Shown here one piece after another: positions 1-7,997 of a stretch of DNA of 20,000 nt. Source of the DNA: an uncultured virus (IMG/VR IMGVR_UViG_3300025803_002109) (Duplodnaviria; Heunggongvirae; Uroviricota; Caudoviricetes); the IMG/VR virus record IMGVR_UViG_3300025803_002109. One strand, 5' to 3'. The notes beneath the pieces are model-generated. The model made no database searches and was not told the DNA's origin. It saw only the letters and a list, made by a program, of their open reading frames with translations. Both the position numbers and the translations under genes were made by a program. Every line of letters begins with the position of its first letter. The stretch's first letter is position 1.

Positions 1-2
1 CT

Positions 3-596
3 ATGAGAGATAAAAATGTATTCGGTGCGAGTTCAGCGGCTGCTTACAGTGGTGGAGGTTATTCTGCATTACCTATGAATGAAGGTGGTGGATTTTACAA
101 AACAATTACTAACACCCCTAACATGGACAGCCATGCTACTCAATATTCTATGGGTCCAGAATCTACCGGATTAGATCAATCCGCACCTTCTACCTTACTT
201 CGTTCAGACTATGTAGAACCTTCTACTCCTGTTCAAGTAGATCCATTTAATGGATACGTTCCTCGACTTCCAGTAAATGCAGTTCGCCCTATGATTCCAG
301 TTATTTCAGGAATTGGTGCTAACGCTATGGTATTATCTGCTGAAGGTAGTCAAGGTCGTTCTCGATCTGGCGACAATCAAGCCAATTCTACGGATGACTC
401 CGGAGTATTAAATGGCCGTTTTGGTCGCCCTGCCTTAGTTCCTGGAACTAATGAAGGTTATTTAGATATGGCTACTGGTATGACTAAGACTATGGATGAA
501 TGGCGAAGATCATATAGTTTATCTAGAATGAGTGATACCTTAGTTAGAGGTATGCCTATGTCTGGTGGTATTCCAGTTATGTTACGCCGAGTATAG
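3..596 (+). CDS. Hypothetical G/S/M/P-rich, probably disordered protein (may be 5'-truncated by the window edge)
   Basis: 197-aa ORF with codon usage like its neighbours; contains FGAS and LSAE motifs. Confidence 0.7.
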   Translation: MRDKNVFGASSAAAYSGGGYSALPMNEGGGFYKTITNTPNMDSHATQYSMGPESTGLDQSAPSTLLRSDYVEPSTPVQVDPFNGYVPRLPVNAVRPMIPVISGIGANAMVLSAEGSQGRSRSGDNQANSTDDSGVLNGRFGRPALVPGTNEGYLDMATGMTKTMDEWRRSYSLSRMSDTLVRGMPMSGGIPVMLRRV

Positions 597-600
597 ATTG

Positions 601-630
601 TAATTAAATGTAATTAAATTTAATTAAATT
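601..630. repeat. AT-rich 10-bp tandem repeat, TAATTAAAT[G/T] x3
   Basis: taattaaatg taattaaatt taattaaatt, read directly in the intergenic region. Confidence 0.8.
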
Positions 631-649
631 AATTGCTGTGCCCGAAACA

Positions 650-657
650 TTAAGTAT
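650..657 (+). promoter_or_regulatory. TATA-like promoter variant TTAAGTAT
   Basis: 29 nt before ATG 679, the same spacing as the other boxes. Confidence 0.6.
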
Positions 658-678
658 CTGTTCTCAACTACTATTACT

Positions 679-2190
679 ATGGCTAATCTTTTAGTAGTAT
701 ATGATGCCTACTACGCTACTGATTGGAAAAAATTAGTATCTCCTCGTTCTCCAAGTATATGGTCGGGCGAAGAAGTCGCCCCGGAATTAATGCAGAGGCT
801 AATGTCTGGCGAAGACTTAACTGTTGAAGAACTAATGAAGTTGTCCGGTGCTACTGATGAGTTATCCGGATTATCTACTACTCTAGACAAAATTATTGAA
901 GATTTCGGAGTTCCTCTTTCCTGGAACGATGAAGATGACTTTGGAAAGTTTTTATCCGATATTCAAAACAAAGAAAGTTTTAGGAAAGAAATCCAAAATA
1001 AATTATCTTCTGCCGAACCGGCTGCTTGTTTTGCTATGACTGGAGAAGTTTATCGAGCCGTAGAATCTGCTGGTGACCCTAACAAAATATTAAAATATTT
1101 TAGACCTTTAATTCTTTCTTGGAATGATCAGGATCCCGAGGCTAATTTATTTAATAATACGGTTCAGTATAAAACTAATTTTATTTCTGGAAATCTAATT
1201 CAAGATCCATATTACAAACTAAATTTTAAATTAGTGGCCATTAACTCAGCAGAAGCAGAAAAAAATTCTATGTCTGAAGATGATGCCTGGTTTGCTAAGA
1301 ATTTTCCAACTAAAGAAAATACCCCTATTGATCCCGAATTTATTTTTGGTAATCTCCCGAATCCTTTATTTTTCAATTCCATAGATTCCAGATCTGCTTT
1401 AAACACTCCTATTCCCATACTAGAAATTCCTGAATTAACAGATATCTCTTGGCTGTCCACTCCTGGAAATAACTTTCAGATGATTTGTCAAAAAGTTATG
1501 GATATTCAAGTAAAAAATCTAGAGGCTATGCAAGACTCTAAAGAAGTAGATGCCGATATAGTTTATGCTCCAATTAAATATTTAATTAATTTACCTCTAC
1601 AAGAGTTAGAATATATTTCTAACTTAGAAGTTCTAGAAAAACATAATATATTTACTGATGATGAGTCCGGATTTAATGAGCAAAAGATTCCGCAAAGTAT
1701 GGAACAATATCTGACTAGTCAGTGGGCCGGAAAAGATCCCAATATGGTTATCAAGAATACTCAATCTATTTGGGTAAGTCTTTCTGGAGTTAGAGGTCCC
1801 GTAAACTATGTTCTGGGCTTAGAAATTTTAGGAAAGTTTTTGGCTGCTGGTGTTACTGATCCAGTAGAGATTTCTGAATCCTCTCAAATAGACTCCGAAA
1901 ATGTTCCGGTGTCTTGGCCAGCAAACAAAACTAGTGACTGGGAATGGGAATCACAGCAAGTTTTTCGATATTTGAATGAAAACTTTAATCCAGAAGGAAA
2001 AGAAACCGGAGTAGCCCCTAACAGATCCTTCAAAGATTATGTTAAATTAGTCCATTCTGCAGAGTCTGGAGATGAAAAATCTATTACTAAAATCCAAGAT
2101 ATTATTTCTGATATCTCGGAAATATTGGCAATCCTGCAATCCGAACCAAAAAATCAAAATTTGGTATCTCTAGACGTTTACGATTACTGA
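679..2190 (+). CDS. Hypothetical acidic soluble protein, 503 aa
   Basis: Long ORF with a promoter box at the standard spacing; no recognisable motif. Confidence 0.85.
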   Translation: MANLLVVYDAYYATDWKKLVSPRSPSIWSGEEVAPELMQRLMSGEDLTVEELMKLSGATDELSGLSTTLDKIIEDFGVPLSWNDEDDFGKFLSDIQNKESFRKEIQNKLSSAEPAACFAMTGEVYRAVESAGDPNKILKYFRPLILSWNDQDPEANLFNNTVQYKTNFISGNLIQDPYYKLNFKLVAINSAEAEKNSMSEDDAWFAKNFPTKENTPIDPEFIFGNLPNPLFFNSIDSRSALNTPIPILEIPELTDISWLSTPGNNFQMICQKVMDIQVKNLEAMQDSKEVDADIVYAPIKYLINLPLQELEYISNLEVLEKHNIFTDDESGFNEQKIPQSMEQYLTSQWAGKDPNMVIKNTQSIWVSLSGVRGPVNYVLGLEILGKFLAAGVTDPVEISESSQIDSENVPVSWPANKTSDWEWESQQVFRYLNENFNPEGKETGVAPNRSFKDYVKLVHSAESGDEKSITKIQDIISDISEILAILQSEPKNQNLVSLDVYDY

Positions 2191-2211
2191 GGAAGTAAGG
2201 AGGGTCTTGAA
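2186..2211 (+). repeat. 26-bp exact direct repeat, copy 1 (ACTGAGGAAGTAAGGAGGGTCTTGAA)
   Basis: Identical to 13285-13310; overlaps the stop codon of the 679-2190 gene. Confidence 0.95.
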
Positions 2212-2239
2212 CCCATAAAGGGTTGTTTAGTAATCAATC

Positions 2240-2247
2240 TTAAATAG
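2240..2247 (+). promoter_or_regulatory. TATA-like promoter TTAAATAG
   Basis: 30 nt before ATG 2270. Confidence 0.75.
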
Positions 2248-2269
2248 TCGTGTAGAGAATATGTAAGTG

Positions 2270-3010
2270 ATGTCCGAGAGTGATCTATCTGCTCAACTGT
2301 CTGAATTGGCAGAAGAATTTAATGTTCCTGATGAAGATCCAGAACCTAAACTTGATGCTTCTGCACCTTTAGAAGATGGTCCGATAACACAAATGCCAGA
2401 TGAGGCTATGATGGCTGAAGTAGAAATTGCCGGTGAACAAACTTATTTAGAAGAAACTAATCAAGTTCCTCTACAAAATCCTAATCCCTTACCTCCTCAC
2501 GAACCAGAAAACTTAGAAGGTCCTGTTTTTGAAAACTATCGAGAGGATCCTGCTGATTATCAATTTCAAGCAGAAATGGATTCCGATAAAGTAAGTATTG
2601 CATCCATGCCTTTTGCAGATTATATGGAATGGGTATTTCCACCAGAAGGTGAGAAAGGTCACGAGGACGGCCAAGAAACTTTAGAGATGGTTTGGGGTAA
2701 TCTCATGGCTGCCGGATATGATGTAGATATCAGAAAAGTAAAAATTGCTGGAGCCCTTTGGAGTCGCCGTCATTATAATGGTGAAGCCATAAAATCTGCT
2801 AGATATATTCTAAAAAGAGTTCCTGCCTCTAAATTAATCGATTTTATTCCACCTTCATTACATCGTAGAGATTGGGAAGACTTAGTTCCAGCGGATGTTG
2901 CTATGTCGGCTGAAAATAAAACTATGAGTAATTCTCAAAAAGAATTTATGCTAGGAGTTGGAGTAGTATCTGCATTAGTTCTTCCAATTTTAATGTCAAG
3001 GCGAGGTTAA
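2270..3010 (+). CDS. Acidic protein with C-terminal membrane anchor (putative virion membrane protein)
   Basis: E/D/P-rich N-terminus, a central globular part between FQAE and MSAE, and a C-terminal TM (FMLGVGVVSALVLPILM-SRRG). ATG 2270 is preferred over GTG 2267 on promoter spacing. Confidence 0.8.
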   Translation: MSESDLSAQLSELAEEFNVPDEDPEPKLDASAPLEDGPITQMPDEAMMAEVEIAGEQTYLEETNQVPLQNPNPLPPHEPENLEGPVFENYREDPADYQFQAEMDSDKVSIASMPFADYMEWVFPPEGEKGHEDGQETLEMVWGNLMAAGYDVDIRKVKIAGALWSRRHYNGEAIKSARYILKRVPASKLIDFIPPSLHRRDWEDLVPADVAMSAENKTMSNSQKEFMLGVGVVSALVLPILMSRRG

Positions 3011-3014
3011 TTTC

Positions 3015-3899
3015 ATGAGCAAAATACTTCCCGTAATTTTATTAGTTGGAGGACTGTATTATTTTTCTACCACTGCAAGTGGAGAGTCTCCAGTTCAAGG
3101 TTGCATGGATGAAACAGCAACTAATTATGATCCAGATGCTACTGAAGATGATAGTAGTTGTAAATATGAAAACGGAAACGGAAATGGGGGTGGTGGAGAT
3201 GATGATGATGTTATTAGTCCAATTCCGGGTTGTCCACCAGTTGGAGGAAATAAAATATGGGTGAAAGAACAAAACCCTTCAATTCATCTGGGAACTAGTG
3301 ATGCTTTGAATGATATACACATTTATGAAGTGACTACAAATCAAGAGAATTATTATCCTGGAACTCAAGTAGATATTACTTGGGAGGCAAAAGTAAAAAA
3401 TAAATCAAAAAGTAGATGTGGAGAAAATATCCTAAAGGCTAATAAAACTTGTTGGTTTGCCCCTACAGATGGCACTGCACTAGGAGATTATGAAGGACCA
3501 CTTAACTGGAAAGTTTTTTTAATTAAACCAGATGGAACACAATATGATTCCAGATCTGAACTGGTTGTAGGTGATTTTTTCCAAGGATACACTGATTCTA
3601 ATATAGAACTCTCTGATGCAGAAAAAAGTTGTAAACCAAAAGATTGTTTGAAAGTATTAAGAGGCACTAGAGCCAAATATCAAGTTGCCTTTGACTTAGG
3701 TGCTGATGCACCAGTAGGTCAATATTCAATAAGATTCCATGCACCGTATGGAGATAGTGACAATTTTGCTACTTGGACTCAAATACCAGTCTTTAAAGTT
3801 TTACCCTCTGACTGTAATCCAGAAGGTTTCTCGGCTGAGTCTACAAAAATAAATTATGAAACTCGTTTTGCTAGCAATCATGACTTTATGTTATACTAA
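3015..3899 (+). CDS. N-anchored Cys-rich protein with a GCMD...NY...DD.SC repeat and a macroglobulin (MG2)/Ig-like domain
   Basis: N-terminal TM; GCMDETATNYDPDATEDDSSC; the pattern VTTNQENYYPGTQV...LIKPDG...FDLGADAPVGQYSI resembles MG2 domains; GAGGT RBS upstream. Confidence 0.75.
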   Translation: MSKILPVILLVGGLYYFSTTASGESPVQGCMDETATNYDPDATEDDSSCKYENGNGNGGGGDDDDVISPIPGCPPVGGNKIWVKEQNPSIHLGTSDALNDIHIYEVTTNQENYYPGTQVDITWEAKVKNKSKSRCGENILKANKTCWFAPTDGTALGDYEGPLNWKVFLIKPDGTQYDSRSELVVGDFFQGYTDSNIELSDAEKSCKPKDCLKVLRGTRAKYQVAFDLGADAPVGQYSIRFHAPYGDSDNFATWTQIPVFKVLPSDCNPEGFSAESTKINYETRFASNHDFMLY

Positions 3900-3908
3900 G
3901 GCAATTCA

Positions 3909-3916
3909 TTAAATAG
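3909..3916 (+). promoter_or_regulatory. TATA-like promoter TTAAATAG
   Basis: 29 nt before ATG 3938. Confidence 0.75.
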
Positions 3917-3937
3917 TAAGACAGGTGAATAAATAGT

Positions 3938-4831
3938 ATGAATCTGGATCTCAATATCCAAAATACTCTTAAGCGTTCTGCTATGGAAGGTGCTATGCAC
4001 GGAGTCATGGATAACTATGGAGGTCAATATCAATTGACTTCATATTCTGAATCTGCTAAATTAGCCGAACAAGTATGGGGAGTTCCAGTAGGAGTAACTG
4101 CTCCTAATTCATTATCTCGTGCCTCTTCATCTCGTGGCAGCGGTCAAATTAAAAAGGCAGAACATAAATCTAATTCTAAGGCTGCTCCAGCCGATGTAAG
4201 AATAGGTCAATATCGAGTTCAATATCTTCCAGAAACAAATGAATGGAAACTTTCTATTATTTCTATGGGAGATGAAGGAGGCTTTTGGGCTAAACTTTGG
4301 AGAGCACTTTCTGGAGAAGAATTGGAAACAGAAAGAGTTACTATACAAAAGTCAGGCACGTATGCGGAAAACAGATTTTTAACTGAGTTAGAATTCCGAA
4401 AAGATATTTCAAGGGCTGACAAACAATCTATTATCTCCTTTGTATTAGATCACAGTAAAGCCGTCTTCGATAATAATTATAAACTAACTGAAGATTCTCT
4501 TTTTGGACCTCCAACTAATGTAGCCTATGCAGAAACTATTCAAGGTCCTTTTGGAGCCTCAATGGCAACCACTAAAAAATTAGAAATGGGTCGTGCAGGA
4601 TCACAACCTATCTCAAACTTTAATCGTAGTCCAGGAATAAATCTTGGTTCTACTCACTCTCGCACAGTAAATACTGATATGGGTTCTTTCCATACACCCC
4701 AACCATTAAGCCGAGTTCAATCCGGTTTAGTAAGGGATGTATTAGGTAATCCTGTCAATCAACACATAACTCCTGGAGTTCATGTGCCTTCGTCTGCAGT
4801 AAATCAGCATAGATCCGGACGGAGTTTTTAA
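3938..4831 (+). CDS. Hypothetical protein, 297 aa (central globular domain, low-complexity flanks)
   Basis: ORF with its own promoter box; central domain bracketed by KKAE and AYAE. Confidence 0.8.
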   Translation: MNLDLNIQNTLKRSAMEGAMHGVMDNYGGQYQLTSYSESAKLAEQVWGVPVGVTAPNSLSRASSSRGSGQIKKAEHKSNSKAAPADVRIGQYRVQYLPETNEWKLSIISMGDEGGFWAKLWRALSGEELETERVTIQKSGTYAENRFLTELEFRKDISRADKQSIISFVLDHSKAVFDNNYKLTEDSLFGPPTNVAYAETIQGPFGASMATTKKLEMGRAGSQPISNFNRSPGINLGSTHSRTVNTDMGSFHTPQPLSRVQSGLVRDVLGNPVNQHITPGVHVPSSAVNQHRSGRSF

Positions 4832-4835
4832 ATAG
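4828..4835 (+). promoter_or_regulatory. TATA-like promoter TTAAATAG
   Basis: 30 nt before ATG 4858; overlaps the upstream stop codon. Confidence 0.75.
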
Positions 4836-4857
4836 TAAGCCCAAGAGATGATATAAC

Positions 4858-5835
4858 ATGACTAACCTTATAGACCAGCCAGCCAAAATCGCCAAGAGCG
4901 TTTTTGATCTAGGAAAAGGCGAACTCAAAGAATCCACACTATACGCAGGTATATTAGGACTCGGAGCCGCTTCCTTGATTGGATCCGCTTTTATTATGTT
5001 GCCCTTTCAAAAGTTACCTTATGGAAATTATATCCGTATGGCTTCTTTAGTTCTTGGTGGTGCTGCACTCGTAGGTTGGTCCCGTAAGCAGTCTGCTGAT
5101 ATGAAGGCTGCCGGAACAATGGCCGGAACTGTAATGGCCGCTGCTGGTGTGCTTAAAGGTGCCGCTGACTTCGGACTAGGTAGACTTCCTGGTGCATCTA
5201 CAGTTACTTCTGCTATTGAAGGTGGTAGCACTGCTTCTTTCGGTTCAGAATCAGAAGTTATGGATGACAGAAATGTAATCGGACAAGATGGTGCTAACTT
5301 CGACACACGTCCAATCGCTGAACCTGGCGATAATGTTGCCGCAGTTGGTGACGAAATGGATGCTGGAGTTGCTGCAATGGTTGGCCGCTTCAAGCCACAA
5401 GAAAGAGTTCCTGTAGATTCAGTTATGGAATCTTCTACAATGGCTGGAACAATCACTCAAAACTTTGGTGCTGACACTATGTCTACTGGATGGCAAAATC
5501 CACACCGCAGTCAAAAGATGAGTGAGTTCGTAGATGCTACTGATGCACTTGCACAAGGAAAAATGGATAATAATTCAAATCCTTTCGTGGCTTCTATTAA
5601 GCCAGTAACTCCTTCTTACCAACCACAGGCTTGGTATGCAGAAGAGGAGATGATGATTGATGCATCTACTCCTGTTCAAAACGCCGCTACAATGGGCGGT
5701 CTTCCAGATACACTTGGAACTTACATCGTTCCTGGTTCATCCGGTAATCCTTTCCTAACATCCGTTGCTATGTCCTCTGCTGGAGGATCTGGTCGTGGAG
5801 TTATTGAGAACTTTGGTGCAGAGGTGTTCTTTTGA
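4858..5835 (+). CDS. Membrane protein (2-3 N-terminal TM helices, long disordered tail); candidate major virion membrane protein
   Basis: Hydrophobic segments at about aa 28-105; tail punctuated by FGSE, FGAD, WYAE and FGAE; many C-ending codons, as in the capsid pair. Confidence 0.8.
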   Translation: MTNLIDQPAKIAKSVFDLGKGELKESTLYAGILGLGAASLIGSAFIMLPFQKLPYGNYIRMASLVLGGAALVGWSRKQSADMKAAGTMAGTVMAAAGVLKGAADFGLGRLPGASTVTSAIEGGSTASFGSESEVMDDRNVIGQDGANFDTRPIAEPGDNVAAVGDEMDAGVAAMVGRFKPQERVPVDSVMESSTMAGTITQNFGADTMSTGWQNPHRSQKMSEFVDATDALAQGKMDNNSNPFVASIKPVTPSYQPQAWYAEEEMMIDASTPVQNAATMGGLPDTLGTYIVPGSSGNPFLTSVAMSSAGGSGRGVIENFGAEVFF

Positions 5836-6086
5836 AGTTAATTTCTGACGCTCGTGGACTTTTAGTCAATGATTTGACTGTAGGAAGTGCTTTAGTTCTT
5901 GTAGGTGCCGTTCACTTTGTAGGTGGCGGTCTTTCGGACATGATGGAACGAACTTTGTTCGGTAAGTCTTGGCTAACAGTTGGCCGTGTCCTTTCTTTGG
6001 TTCCTCTTTCAATAGGGGTAGCCGTTCTTTCCAAGAGATTACTCGGTGAAGAGGTTGATCCTTTGGGAATAGCAAATGAGGTATGA
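5832..6086 (+). CDS. Small 2-TM membrane protein (paralog of the next gene)
   Basis: TTG start overlapping the upstream TGA, GAGGTG RBS at 5821-5826, two hydrophobic helices, C-terminal VDPL. Confidence 0.75.
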   Translation: MKLISDARGLLVNDLTVGSALVLVGAVHFVGGGLSDMMERTLFGKSWLTVGRVLSLVPLSIGVAVLSKRLLGEEVDPLGIANEV

Positions 6087-6313
6087 TTAAAATGTTAAAT
6101 AAAATAATGGAATTTATGACAAGTGATATGGTGCTCGGTGGCTCTTTGATAGTCGTTGGTGCAGCAGTTGCCATTGGTGCCGGAATAGCAATGTTGAGCA
6201 GACCACTGCCTGTTATCCGTGTATCTGCTATGCAGGTCGCGGGGGCTTTGACTCTCCTACTTGGTGTTGCAGTAGTAACCAAGGGTAAAGTAGACCCACT
6301 TGATCTTGAATAA
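6083..6313 (+). CDS. Small 2-TM membrane protein (true start may be ATG 6092)
   Basis: Two hydrophobic helices; shares VGA, GVAV..K and VDPL with 5832-6086; GAGGT at 6078-6082 is spaced better for ATG 6092. Confidence 0.75.
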   Translation: MIKMLNKIMEFMTSDMVLGGSLIVVGAAVAIGAGIAMLSRPLPVIRVSAMQVAGALTLLLGVAVVTKGKVDPLDLE

Positions 6314-6382
6314 ATATAAAAATATATTAATGCTCTGAGACAGAGCAGTTGCGGATGAGCAATGCTTGACGAAGGTCAATCT

Positions 6383-6390
6383 TTAAATAG
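6383..6390 (+). promoter_or_regulatory. TATA-like promoter TTAAATAG of the capsid operon (leader of about 90 nt)
   Basis: Exact motif; the downstream gene has an AGGTGA RBS, consistent with a leadered transcript. Confidence 0.7.
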
Positions 6391-6502
6391 TAAAAAATTT
6401 CACTACTAATTAGAGAGCAAGATTTCAACGTATGCTAGTTATGTAATTCATTTCTGGTATGCTTAGTTTTCGAGTTCTTTAACTAAAAAAAAGGTGAAAA
6501 AA

Positions 6503-7141
6503 ATGAGTATGAGAAGCCAAGTATATGAATGGAGTAATCTAGCCCCAACCGGATCTCTTTCTTCACTCCGCAGAACAACAACTGATATTGCAGTTGCAGT
6601 TCCTGCTGACAGAGAGATAGATTTGTTTATTGGAGGCTATGGTAACAACATCACAAAGCCCGCAGAAACGACCGCCACCCAATTTGTAGTTATAGAGGAT
6701 ATTTCCTGCAGCCCATGGCTCAACGGAAATGTGCAGATCAGAATAAACACAACTGATTACTTCCAGAACCCGGATGTTACCAATATGTTTGGTATCCCAG
6801 GACTGGCAAGCCCCTACCCTCGTGGTGCAGCAAGCACACTCGATGGAACGGATAATCTGTTGAAGTCATTCGATCTATACCCTGACGTGTATGTCCTACC
6901 TGGACAAACATGGCAAATCCTTTACACTACTCGTGATGGAGCAACAGCATACAGTGCTGGAGTCACTGACGCACAAGTTGTGTCAGCATTCGTAAAGTAT
7001 ACACTTTACGATGGACCAGACGCTCTTATCGCTAACAAACTGTTAGAATTAGGTGTAACCATCAACCCAAACAACGTTGATTGGTATAAGAGATCTTTGA
7101 TTGAACAACAGATCGCTGCCTCAGCCGGAGGTGACCAGTAA
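6503..7141 (+). CDS. Putative major capsid protein A (single jelly-roll type, inferred)
   Basis: Start moved to ATG 6503 because GTG 6494 lies inside the AGGTGA RBS and MSMRSQVYEW matches its paralogs. Alternating beta-strand pattern (FVVIEDI, VQIRIN, FDLYPDVYVLPGQTWQI, AFVKYTLY); C-ending codon bias suggests high expression. Confidence 0.65.
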   Translation: MSMRSQVYEWSNLAPTGSLSSLRRTTTDIAVAVPADREIDLFIGGYGNNITKPAETTATQFVVIEDISCSPWLNGNVQIRINTTDYFQNPDVTNMFGIPGLASPYPRGAASTLDGTDNLLKSFDLYPDVYVLPGQTWQILYTTRDGATAYSAGVTDAQVVSAFVKYTLYDGPDALIANKLLELGVTINPNNVDWYKRSLIEQQIAASAGGDQ

Positions 7142-7773
7142 TGTCCATGCGTAGCCAAGTCTATGAATGGGATGCTGCTAATTATAGCGCAGCCGCTACT
7201 GCACTTCCTGCATCTGGTAGATCAGTATCTATCTTCGTAGGTGGATTCGGTAACAACATTACCAAACCTGCTGAAACAACTGCAACTGAGTTCGTAGTTA
7301 TAGAAGATATTGCTGTAACACCATCAACATCATCCGCTGCCGCTGCTGGTGGATCCTACAGAGGATTACTAATTGCTGCTGCTGGAACTGGTGTCGCTGG
7401 TCCAAGAGCATATGTTCAAGTAAGAATCAATACAACTGATTACTTCCTGGACCCAGATAACGTCCCTAATGACGGTATCCCAGGAACTGCATCTCCATAC
7501 CCAAGGTCTGTAGATTTCCAGCCTTCCTTCAACCTATACCCGGATGTATACGTGCTTCCAGGTCAAGTTTGGGATATTCTGGTAACTTACTACCTTGCCT
7601 CTGGTGTAGGAAACGGTGCAGGAACAGCAACATCTGGTAACTATCGTTGCTTTACTAAATACACGCTTTATGACGGGCCTGACGCTCTTATCGCTAACAA
7701 ACTGTTAGAGATGGGAATAAGCATCAACCCAGGTAACGTGGATTGGTATAAGAGAAGTCTACTATCAGCATAA
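7141..7773 (+). CDS. Putative major capsid protein B (close paralog of A)
   Basis: TAATG stop/start overlap, GGAGGTGA RBS at 7127-7134, long blocks identical to A (GNNITKPAETTAT, LYPDVYVLPGQ, KYTLYDGPDALIANKLLE, NVDWYKRSL). Confidence 0.65.
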   Translation: MSMRSQVYEWDAANYSAAATALPASGRSVSIFVGGFGNNITKPAETTATEFVVIEDIAVTPSTSSAAAAGGSYRGLLIAAAGTGVAGPRAYVQVRINTTDYFLDPDNVPNDGIPGTASPYPRSVDFQPSFNLYPDVYVLPGQVWDILVTYYLASGVGNGAGTATSGNYRCFTKYTLYDGPDALIANKLLEMGISINPGNVDWYKRSLLSA

Positions 7774-7803
7774 TTATTAAATTAGTGTGCCGCAGTGACC
7801 CTC

Positions 7804-7897
7804 TTAGATGTCTGACGTGAAAACGGACAAAAAACCCCCATACGCCCCGATTGGCCTGAGTGCCAGTGTGACGGGTGATGGGTGGTCTAACTTTTTT
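7804..7897 (+). ncRNA. Candidate structured RNA (GAAA-tetraloop hairpin plus a long hairpin with a kink-turn), ending in a U-tract; could instead be a 3'UTR/terminator
   Basis: GC-rich island in an AT-rich window; hand-folded hairpins at 7809-7829 and 7834-7886; T6 at 7892-7897. Confidence 0.5.
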
Positions 7898-7967
7898 ATT
7901 TAATTTTGAGCGAACACTTCGATTCGCCAAACCTAAAATTCAAGTATTTATAGGTTACTATTTAGGT

Positions 7968-7975
7968 TTAAGTAG
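7968..7975 (+). promoter_or_regulatory. TATA-like promoter TTAAGTAG
   Basis: 30 nt before ATG 7998. Confidence 0.7.
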
Positions 7976-7997
7976 GTAATCCCTACTATTATTTATC

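Noticed and set aside
2186..2214. Reverse strand GGGTTCAAGACCC looks like a tRNA T-arm, so the repeat could be a tRNA-derived att site
   Set aside because: Only a 3-bp stem, no cloverleaf or acceptor stem, and no integrase in the window.
7127..7143. Capsid A and B as one frameshifted double jelly-roll gene
   Set aside because: B has its own strong GGAGGTGA RBS and the same N-terminus as A, and the C/D pair shows the same coupling, so they are separate genes.
7812..7823. CTGACGTGAAA resembling a hammerhead ribozyme core
   Set aside because: It lacks CUGAnGA plus stem II before GAAA; a simple GNRA hairpin explains it better.
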